From: Callorhinchus milii
Lineage: Eukaryota
Reading direction: 5' to 3'
Assembly (NCBI RefSeq): GCF_018977255.1
Contig: NW_024704743.1
Span: 116,128,001-116,192,000, forward strand
Length of the DNA: 64,000 bases
The notes under the pieces: model-generated
The model's database searches: none
Seen by the model: only the letters and a program-made list of their open reading frames with translations
Told to the model about the DNA's origin: nothing
Shown here: positions 14,240-24,874 of the stretch, one piece after another
Layout: each line of letters begins with the position of its first letter
Numbering within the stretch: position 1 is the stretch's first letter
Program-made: the position numbers and the translations under genes

Positions 14240-15010
14240 GTATCAGCCTGGTTTAGTCAGGAGCACTCTTACCTCTGAGCTGGAAGGTTAATCATTCAAA
14301 CCCCATGTCAGGTCCTTGAACTCATATAGTCCAGGCTGACACTTCATTGTAATCCTGGGAATGTGCCCTATTGTTGGTGCTCAACCCTTCTAATGAGACA
14401 TTAAACCAAGGTCCCATCCATCTATTCATCTGGATGTTAAAGATCCCACTGTACTATTTGAAAAGAGAAGGGACTTTCTTCTAGTCAACAATCCTCCAGA
14501 TAAAATTGGTCAATCGTTTCATGGCTGTTTTGTGAGAGTTTGCTGTGTGCAAACAGGCTGCTGTGTTTGCCTACAAAATACACAGTACCTACACTTTACA
14601 GTTAAGTGGAGTCCTGTAGCTCAGTGGTTAGAGCACTCGCTTTGCAAGCGAGAGACCTGAGTTCAATTCCAGGCAGGGCGAAACCTTGGGCAAGTTTCCT
14701 TACTCCACACGCCTAATAATAATCCCTCCAAAAAACAAAAACAATAATAAATTGGTCATTTTCAATCTACGACTGTTTGTGGGACATTGTTGTGCGCAAT
14801 TGGCTGCCGCGTTTGCCCACAAATATATACAGTCAATTCACTTTACAGTGTGTTCTGTGAAGCGCTTTGGGACGTCCTCCCGACGTGAAAAGCGCTATAT
14901 CAAATGCAAGGATTATTATTATTATTATTATTATTAATCCCGTGAAGAGCTTTGAGATGTCCTTCTGACGTGAAAGGCTTCATATCAAATTAAGGGATTA
15001 TAATTATTAG
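14240..15010 (+). mobile_element. Older Deu-type SINE interrupted by a young SINE
   Basis: Head bracketed by tcagcctgg/ccaggctga; tail resumes after 14936. Confidence 0.78.
14606..14936 (+). mobile_element. tRNA-Ala-headed SINE, young short subfamily, nested in an older Deu-type SINE
   Basis: GTGGAGTCCTGTAGCTCAGTGGTTAGAGC...GTTCAATTCC head; (TTA)n tail; host resumes at aatcccgtgaag. Confidence 0.92.
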
Positions 15011-18000
15011 TTGGATTTCAACATAGAGTTTGTGTTTGTTTGTTGTGGAGTGCTCATTAGCTCAGGTTACCTAACTCAGTATGGAACCAAGATAAAACCT
15101 AGAAGGTGCCTTTTAGTTTGTGTAGGACTGATGTGGATTGGCAAGATGAAACTATTTTGTTGAGACTAAAGAAGAGGGAAAGATTATTTTACCTTGAACG
15201 TTCCCCTTACAAAATACACAGTTACTACAGTTTACAGTAAAACCCTGTGGAGAATCTTAGATCATCAACAACAACTTGCAGTTATATAACCCCCTTCACA
15301 CAAGGTACCGCTGAAATCAATGCAAGGATTATCATTATTAAATCTTCAACATAGAAATTAATGTAATCATTTACACAGGGGATCGAAGGGAGAGAGAGAA
15401 TGCAAGAAAGATGCAAGAAAGAAAGAAACAAATGAACAAACAAAATACATTTTTCTAGCATCTTGTAACATCAAAACATCTCCAAGCACTTTAAAGAAAC
15501 TACTATCAAGTGTACTGCCTCTTTATGCAGGCTACCTGGTGGAATTGATGCCAGAATTAGATAAGAAATGCGACAAATTTTATCCCAATCTCTTTAGGTT
15601 GAGATGTTAATCTGAGGTCCCATCTGACTGTTCTGTTGGCTCATTTGGAGCCTTAGGATCCCATGGCACTCTTTTGAAGAAAAGGAAGGCTTTCACACCA
15701 TGTTGTGGCCAACACAATTCTCCTCTCACTCAAATTGACGAATGAATACGTTATTCCTCACCCCCGCTTGTCCCATAGCTGTTTATAGGACATTGTGGGA
15801 GATTAGCTGCCACATTTGACCATTTAAAAAAAGTCATAGCACAAAATGCCAGCCTGTGTGCTGTGTTTGGAGACAGGTTGATGTGATAAGGCGCTGTATC
15901 AAATGCAAGCATTATAATTAAGTATTATTACTATTATTAATAGGAATTGTCCCTGGTGGGAGTGACACCATCAACCTCATTGTGCCCTGTACATCATCCA
16001 AATGTTATTGGAATATTAATTCCACACGAGTATGTGGCGAGGGGTCCATAGAACCACAGAAATGTACAGTACCCAAAGGTGGCCCTTTCAGACCCTCCTA
16101 CCTGTGCTGGCTCTCTGAAAGATCTACCCATTTAGTCACATTCTGTACTGTGTGCAGTAACATTTATAGACCCCAGTCTTGTCTCTGACCTTTTGGCATT
16201 TGGTTTCCATGTGTGTCAGACACCCGGCTAACCAGGTCAACAATCAACCATAAACTGATTCCAGTTCCAGAGCACGGAGCCACCTTTGACCGTCTCCTCA
16301 CAGGATACCAGTCGAGTTTAGCTGGTGTCTCCTGAACCCACACTGAAATCAGGCGTCAGAATCAGCATTGATGGCTCACAGATCACAGAGGCCAACAAAA
16401 GTAAAGGGGAAAGCACAATGCTTCTCATTGACACGTCTGATAATTATCAGTCCAGAAAAATCTCAATCCTCACCCTGTAAATTTTCACACAGATGGGCCT
16501 TATTACAGAGAGACTGTATCCAAAATGTAATGTAACCCAACACACTGCCTGATTCAATTCAGTTCTCTTCAATTAATTGTAAATGACCCAGGTCTTGTTG
16601 CACTTAATGTAGATGGATATAATAAAGGTCCTTATTCAAATCAACGCAATTTACATTTATAAAGCGCCTTTCACGTTGGGAGAACGTCTCAAAGGGTTCA
16701 AAGCTTCTTTTGTGATCTCTTTACACACTTTGTTGATAAACTGATTCCTCGTTCACTCAGGCACGTGGGGGGCTTAAATCCTGATCACAGTTTGGCAGGC
16801 CCTGTTCTCTCACTCATTCCCTTCTTTTTCATTGCCTGTCCTCACCCCCTCTATCAGTAGGCAAGATTTCAGCCACTCACCCCCTCCCTCTGCCCCAATA
16901 GAGCTCAGTCCCCAAATCCCTTCATCTTTCTCTCTTCTCTCTCTCTCTCTACTTGTCTTCAAAATGCTCTTACAAAACTTCTTCGTACTTCTTCGGTCAA
17001 CTTGCTCACACTCCACCTCCTTCCCACCCTGCTTGATGATCCCCATCATCTCTATATAAAGTGATGCATGATGTTTATCTTACACGAAAGGCGCGGGATA
17101 AGCACAAGTTGCTGCTGTGATGAAGTTGTTGAAAAGTTCCTTTCACAAAACCCAGTCATCCTTCAGCAGTGTTCTGCCCGGTGCCAGCTCCTCGCTCGCT
17201 GTGTTGACGTAACGATGCCTCAGCAGATGGAAAGATAAACAACATAAAGTTGGAGGAATGGAAAAGCAGAACATTTCAAACCAGTTTCCAGTGTCAATGC
17301 TTGAAAGATCTTCCCACTTCTTTCTCTGGCCTACGCCCATCCCACGACCTCCCCACCACCACCAACAACAACAGATACCTTCACACACACAATCACAAAC
17401 ATACCTTCACTCACAAGCAGACACTCATGGGCACATTTGCTAACAGGTAAACACTTATGCAAACACACACACACACAAGCTGTTATTGTGTTCTGTCCAC
17501 AAAAGACCAGTCCATCAACGTCTGGTGATTACTTATGAGCTATTTTGAGCTGTTTCGTAGCAACAAAGTACCAGGAGGAGCTGGCTTCACCCCTCGAGCC
17601 AGATCGCTGATGTATCAGGTCAAAGCCAAACTTTAATCCCTTTTATCCACTTTTATTCCATATCCCTTTTTTCCCCCAAATAAAATAGATGATTTGTTTC
17701 ATGGTTGTTTGTTTAATATTATCTATATCCCTTTTAAGCATCCCAATTGATTATGTAGCTAAAGCCTTATGGGGCAGTGTTTTTTCAATGAAACATCTCA
17801 TTGCTGAAGCTTTGAAATGAAAATGGACGTGGTGTGAATAAGATCAGATACGTGACTGAGGGATAAGCGGGCAGTCCAGTGGGCAACTTGTCTGAGAAAC
17901 ATGTGGCAGACAAACTTGTACAGCATCAAAACCAGAGACAGCTTCTGCGAACCATTTTATTACATTTGTCTCTGATACCGTGATTGATGAAATAAAAGAT

Positions 18001-19064
18001 TGCAAATTACTGCCACTTTGTATAACACAAGATCTTTAAGAGATGTAGCTTTCAGACAGTCCAGATCTTCAAAGGTGTCTGCCTCCAAATGAGCTCCCAT
18101 TTTCTTAATTTTATGGCACCTCTTTACCAGCGTCTTAATTGCAGCCACCCTTGTAAATGGCCTGAAAAATGAGCTGTGCAGATGTTTGCCAAACCTTCTG
18201 CGTCAGGATTCGAGGAGATTTACACGGGTGCATCCGTGCGTGCAGTGCTGCGAGATTGTGAATGTATAAACATATGCAGTTGATAAAAACAGGGAGAAGG
18301 CCGCTGGTGCAGGCATCGCCTTTCAGAGTCAGGCTGTGCTCATAAAACAACACTTTGGTTTTTATCCAAGAACTTCAAGCTGTGATTGTTTACAGCATGT
18401 CTGAATTTTTTTGGGTGGGTGAAGTTCCATGGTAACAATCTTGGAATGATGTTTGTTTGTAATCCAGCATTAAACGGCACCAAAGCCCATGCAGTGAATG
18501 AAAGCTTCCCTCCACCCTTTATTGTATCTCACAGAGTGAGGATAGTGACCCATCATGTTTGGCTCCAGTTTGCAAAGAAAGACTTGAAAGATTTGAAAGA
18601 CTTTTAGGATAATTCCAGAATTTAGGGATCCAGGTTATCAAGCAAAGCTACAACAATAATAATCCTTGTATTTGATATAGTGCCATGGTTTATTATCTCA
18701 TCCGAAGGATATCACCTATGACAATGCTGCGATCACTGTGATTATAATTGTGCTCTGACTTTCTCTGTTGACTAGTGTTTGGGGTGGAATTCCCATGTGT
18801 CAACATTACGCAGATCGAGATTTATAAGTGCTGTTGCGAAATGTCACATTTCAGAGCCCTACCTAAGCAAGTTCTTTAACTTGTCCTGTGACTGGAATTT
18901 ACAGATATCCAGCCATACCATTGACAAACCTTAAGAGACACTGGAGATTGGAACATGAGACGATAGGAGTAAGAGTAGACCTTTCAGCCCGTCAATCCTA
19001 CTCCACCATTTTATTAGATCGTGGGTGATCTGCAACTCAATACCATTTCTCTGCCCTTTCATCA

Positions 19065-19450
19065 TGGAGCCGTGTAGTTCAGTGGTTAGAGCACTCGCTT
19101 CGCAAGCGAGAGACCTGAGTTCGATTCCCAGCAGGACAAAATGTTGGGCAAATTTCTTTACTCCACACTCCTCTGTTTACCTAGCAGTAAGGAGAAACCT
19201 AGTTGTTAGTAGATTGGCAGATTGCTTTTCTGGGGGTAATAATTCCTTCAAAACAAAATAACAATAATAATAAATTGGTCACTTCAATCCACAACTTTTT
19301 GTGGGACACTGCTTTGCGCAATTGGCTGCCGTGTTTCACCCGCAAAGTATACAGTCAATTCATTTTACAGTATGTTCTGTGAAACGCTTTGAGACGTCTC
19401 GAAGACGTGATAATGTTCTATATCAAATGCAAGGAATATTATTATTATTA
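19065..19450 (+). mobile_element. tRNA-Ala-headed SINE, long subfamily
   Basis: Same head plus central block ctctgtttacctagcagtaa...gggtaataattccttc. Confidence 0.88.
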
Positions 19451-21411
19451 CCATATGCCTCGATACCCACAGCCTATGAGACATTAAACCAAGGTCTGTC
19501 TGGCACTGTACAAAAACAGAAGAGTTTTTCCTGGTGTCCTGGCCAACAATCCACCAAATAAATTTGGTCATTCACTTGTGGCTGTTACTGTGGGAAAATC
19601 GGCTTTCACGTTTACAAATGCACAGTCACTACCCTTCACACTAAATCCTGTGAAGTATTTTGAGATGTTTTCCCGATGTGAAACATTCTATATCAAATGC
19701 AAGGATTATTGTTATTTTTATTATTCATTTACAGCTGACTTAAATATTTTAATTGACCCCAGCATTCACAACCTAAAATGAATTCCACATTTCCACAGCC
19801 CTTTGTGTGCAAAAATGTGCGAAGGCACATTTTTTATTCATTTAAAATAGTACTTGCAACAGACTCCCAAAGGGAGTATCTGAGGCTGCGTGCGTTCACT
19901 CTGTCAAAAAATAATTGGATGGCTGTGCGATTGGGAACAAGATTGGAGGTTTAATGCAGAGGTCTAGACTGAGATGAACAAATGCTCCACAGGGCATGAG
20001 ATTTATTATGTATGTTTCCTGGGGCCAAAAATGATACATCTGTGGAGGATAGCAAGGCAGGTCTGAATAGTAGGGATGTGCAGTGAGAGGAGGATCTAGA
20101 AATTAGAATGGATATTTAGAGTTTTGATTGATTTATAATAATAATCCTTACAATTGTCTCAGGCTAACAATCCCTTACATAAAATTGGTTATTTCCTTCA
20201 ATGATGTTTGTTAGACATTGCTGTACGCAAATTGGCTGTAAATCCTGTGAAGTGCTTTGGGGCGATGAAGACTTTGAGTGCTTTGAGACGCTGTTTCAAA
20301 TGCAAAGATTGTTACTATTAATTATTGTTAAAGGCACGTTAAAAAGTATAAAAAATCTGAAATTTCACCAAGTCTTAGCCTGCTTTTGTATTAAAATTTT
20401 ATCTTAATTTTGTCTAAAAATTTGAGGTGTTTCAACATTGTGGAGAACACTTCATTGCGGCTTTAACTTGGAAGGCAGGTTTCTGAAGTTCTTACAAAGT
20501 AAGAATGAGTTTGGCGCAATCATTAATAATGATAATAATATTTAGCACAATCTTACATTTAAAGGTTAAGTGCTCTTCCAGGTGAAGACGAGTTGGAATT
20601 TTAAGTCCTTGTCTGTTCATGCTCCTCTCCCAATCTGGCCTAACATCGGTGGGTGAGCTTTGAGCTACTCTGCCTCCGCTGTCTGGAACCCCATCCCAGA
20701 GTTTGTCTGCCACACTCCTCACTTTTAAAGCCCACCATATGACCTACCTCTTTGGCTGTAGTGTCAGTCATCTCTGTCCCCACCCCAAGCTGGTGTCCAG
20801 TTGTCCACATGACGTCCCAAGGCTGTGTATACTGATTCTAAGCTACCAACTGAACCAGGCTGACACTGCAGAAGTACCATCAGCTGTTTGGTGGAGTTGC
20901 AGCAAAGGGCTCGCTGCTGAAAGGAGGAGATTTGAGACGTGACACTTATGGTGCCACTGGGTTATTAGGGCAAGGTGTGTCATGAGCTGTTGTCTCAGAA
21001 TTAGGCTGTCAGTGGATATGAAGCTAATATATACTTGCAAATGGACTTGTCAAATGTCAGGAAATGCAGGAGGGGTATTATCAGAAGAGAACCATATAAT
21101 TACTGACATGTATGTATTCTCTGGCTTCGGTTGGAATACTTTTGTTTTCCACGTCAAACGTTTGTGCCTTGAACTCAGTGAAAAGATCACGTCATGTGAT
21201 TGCATCAATTCTGCAATTGAGGACAGCTCCTCACTTTGCATTCTTCCCAGTATCATTATTATTATTATAATTATAATAGTAATAATGAAAAAAATCTTGT
21301 CAATCACGTCCGATAACCCGTGGAGTTTATCCAATGAAGGAGTTTGAGCCGTGCCAAGGCTTCTGTCGAGGTCTGGCCTACTATTGTGGCTTAACCCGGG
21401 ACACTGTCTTA

Positions 21412-21555
21412 ACATTTACCCAGAGGGTAATTAACAACTGGAAGAGGTTGCCATCATGGGTGGTTGAGGCCAGGACACTGAACTCATTTCAAAAGCAACT
21501 TGATGCTCTGATGGGAGGACAGCAGAATGGAGGGGTGAGATCAGATGGGCTGTAG
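21412..21555 (+). mobile_element. CR1-clade LINE ORF2 C-terminus
   Basis: FTQRVINNWKRLPSWVVEARTLNSFQKQLD motif. Confidence 0.8.
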
Positions 21556-21615
21556 GAAGTCATGTGCAGAGGAAACCTAGAGCCTGGGAACGTCTCTTTG
21601 CAAACTGTTCCTCCA

Positions 21616-22445
21616 TCTTGCAAGCGAGACAGCTGGGTTCAATTCCAACCTTGGGCAAGTTTCCTTACTCCACACGCCTAATAATAATCCCTCCAAAACA
21701 AAACAATAATAATTTGGTCACTTCAATCCACGACTGTTTGTGGGACACTGCCTTGCGCAATTGGCTGCTGCGTTTCGCCCACAAATATACAGTCAATTCA
21801 CTTTACAGCATATTCTGTGAAGCACTTTGAGACAACAAGATTACATTTGTATAGCGCCTTTCATGTCGAGAAGACATCCCAAGGCGCTGAACAGAGTACA
21901 GGATTTCAGACCCGAGCTGGGGTCGGGAGGGGAAAGGAAGGGAGGGGGAGGAGGGTGGCCGATGGCATGGTCGAGGAGGAGGGTCTTGAGGCGGGACTTG
22001 AAGGAGGCTAAGGAGGGGGGAGGGGGAGTGACTGGGGGCTGGATTTCCAGAGGTTGGGGGCAGAGTGGCTGAAGGCTCTCCCACCATTGGTGGGGCGGGT
22101 GGGTCGGGGAACATGGAGCAGGCCAGAGCCGGCTGAGCGGAGGGAACAGGCAGGTTGGTAGGGGGTTAGGAGGTCGCAGAGGTAGGGTGGGGCGAGGCTA
22201 TGGAGGGCTTTGTATGTGAGGACCAGGATCTTGAACTGGATCCTCTGAAGGAAAGGGAGCCAGTGGAGTCGGGCGAGAATGGGGGAGATGGGGTCACTGA
22301 GTTTGGTGCGGGAAAGGACACGGGCTGCAGAGTTCCCGATTATCTGCAGCCTGTAGAGGGAGGAGTTGGGAAGGCCGACAAGCAGGACGTCTAGAAGACG
22401 TGAAAAGCGCTGTATCAAATGCAAGGATTACTATTATTATTATCA
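21616..22445 (+). mobile_element. Short-subfamily SINE split by an L2 insertion
   Basis: Body ends gcactttgagac at ~21832; tail resumes gacgtctagaagacgtg at ~22386. Confidence 0.8.
21833..22386 (-). mobile_element. L2 LINE 3' fragment
   Basis: LLVGLPNSSLYRLQII.NSAAR...LHWLP...RIQFKILVLTYKALH...GGRAFS..AP.LW. Confidence 0.9.
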
Positions 22446-22819
22446 TCGCATTAGCAGGACCTAATATGTTCCTCTTCACCTGAAGAGATTTGTAAAGGCT
22501 TTTGATACAAGGTGTTTTTTTTAAAAAAAAGTGGGATCTAACGAAAGGTGTAGCAACTGGCAGAGTAAAAGCAGAAATCAGAATGCTAGCAATCTGCGGG
22601 AGCTTCACGATGATTTAATCTATTTCTTAGCTATTGAGCACAGTACCTGGAAATCACACCCAATTGTCTCATGGGCCTTTAAAATCGAGTTTCCAAAATA
22701 GCCCCACTTGCTGTAATGGAACTTAAAGTACAAAGTTACCTTAGATTGTGCTGCGAATCGAAGCTGAAATGAGAATTGATCCAATTGTTACTTTACGTTC
22801 TAGTTCTACGTTTATTTTC

Positions 22820-22980
22820 TCCCCTCCAATCACCCACCCCGCCTCCCCCACTTCTCCCCATCCCCCCTTATCCTCCAACCCCCCTTCTCCCCCCACCCCC
22901 TCTTCTCCCCCCCTTCTCCCCATCCCCCCTTCTCCCCCCACCCCCTCTTCTCCCCCCCTTCTCCCTCCACCCGCTCTCCA
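22820..22980. repeat. C-rich polypyrimidine tandem repeat
   Basis: cccccttctcccccaccccctcttctccccccc repeated. Confidence 0.85.
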
Positions 22981-23239
22981 AGAAAACAAAGCTCGATTTA
23001 CTGCAATATGGATTCCAGATGAAAATGGGATGGGATGAAAAGTGAGGAGGGCCTGCAACCAGCTTGAAAGAAACCCATTTGTTGCACAACTGCCAGAGTA
23101 TTCAAGCTGGAAATAGAGTTGAGGTTACCATGGAGGAACAATTACTGATAAACTATGGAGGCTGCCAAGGGAACTAGGAAGAACTTGCGTCTGACTTACA
23201 AAGAGACAGTTTTTGTGGGTTTCACTGATACCGGATTCC

Positions 23240-23800
23240 TGTGAGTCAAACCAGGTCAGTTAGCAGCATTCTCTGACCCTGAGTCAGAAAGTTGTGGGTT
23301 CAAACCCCACATCAGGACTTGGAATCATATCCTCTGAGACAATACTCCAATGCAGTGCTGGCTCCTTTTCACGCCTTGGGACTTCCTCCCGATGTGAAAG
23401 GCGCTCTATAAATGTAATTTTATTGTAGTTGTTGGCGGTGAGTTGCATTGTTGAAGGTGAGTTGCATTGTTGAAGGTGCCGTCCTTTGAATGAGACGTTA
23501 AACCGAGTTCCCATCTGCCCATTCAGGTGGACATTAAAAATCCCACGGCACTATTTGAAAAAATAGGGGAGTTACTTCCAGGATCCTGGCCAACAAATCC
23601 CCCAAATAAAATTGGTCACTCACTCCACGGCTGTTTATGTGACATTGCTGTGTGTAAATTGGCTGCTTTGTTTGCCCAGTAAATATACAGTCAATTCACT
23701 TTATATTATATCCTGTGAAATGCTTTATATTATATCCTCGACAATGTGATAAGGCTCTTTATCAAATGCAAGGATTATTATGATGATTATTATTATCATT
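23240..23800 (+). mobile_element. Older Deu-type SINE with an inserted L2 tail (~23370-23435)
   Basis: Head, L2 3' end, central domain, tail. Confidence 0.75.
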
Positions 23801-24779
23801 ATTCTATATTGATCATCGATTTCATGGCTGTATTGACTGTAACGTAATAATAATCCTTACATTTTGATACATCGACTGTGACGCGAAAACACCTCAAAGC
23901 ACTTCATAGGCAATTGCTGTGAAATAGAATAACTGAAGTTTGTTGCTCCAGTGAGTTATAGGAGCTTCAATAACAACACCTTTTTTATTTAATACAGAGC
24001 TTATAAACACTTCACCGATAACTGCTGTCAAGTAAAGAAACTGTTTATTTAAGGCAATAGGGGGTAATAGATTTCACACACAGCATTATCCTCCAAACAG
24101 CCATGAGGCTAATGACCAATACATCTGAAGGATTGTTAGTCAGGACAATCTTCTCTTTGAATACAGTCACGGGATTATTGTCCACCTGAAGAACAGACAG
24201 ATAAAAGCCTCCCGGCCGAATCAAGTTAATAATAATCCTTGCATTTGATATAGCGCCTTATCACATCATCAAGATGTCTCAAAGTACTTCACAAAATATA
24301 CTATCAAGTAAATTGTTGTACTGATGTGAATTGTGTATCAATCTGAAGCACTTTACAACGTTCCGACATGATAGGCCTGCTATTAAAAATTTAATATTTA
24401 TTATTCCTTAGATGAAATAAGAATGATATTGACTGCATGATTTCACTCAAGCTCTGACTTATAATAATAATAATAATAATACCTTTGATATGGCTGCTTT
24501 CATGTCGGGAGGACTTCTCAAAACAGAGTTTAATGTGAAGTGTAGTGACTGTGTATTTTGTAGGTGAATGCAGCAGCATAATCCCACAAACAGCCATGGC
24601 GTGAGTGACCAATTTTATTTGGGGGATTGTTGGCCAGGACACCGGGAGAAAGAAACTCCCTTCTCTTTCCGAAAGTGGGATTTTTTACATCCACCCGAAC
24701 AAGCACATGGGACCTTGTTTTAATGTCTCATCCAGGGGGCACTTCCAACAATTTAGCTCTTCCCCCACTCACCCAGCAC

Positions 24780-24874
24780 CTAATTGGAGTTGAGGTATAG
24801 ATCAGCCATGATCTAATAAAATGGTCTAACAGGCTTGAGGGGCTGAATGGCCTATACCTGTTCCTATGTTCCTA
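24780..24874 (+). mobile_element. CR1-type 3' end
   Basis: gatcagccatgatct...ggggctgaatggcct...gttcctatgttcctat; a related minus-strand copy lies at ~18950-19060. Confidence 0.7.

Noticed and set aside
14606..14681. tRNA-Ala gene (also at 59134, 51671 and others)
   Set aside because: Every copy continues into the same SINE body and tail, with no T-run terminator after the acceptor stem.
14686..14937. Recurring small ORF family (MGKFPYST...KCKDYYYY)
   Set aside because: Incidental translation of SINE copies; frames differ between copies and the poly-Tyr comes from the (TTA)n tail.
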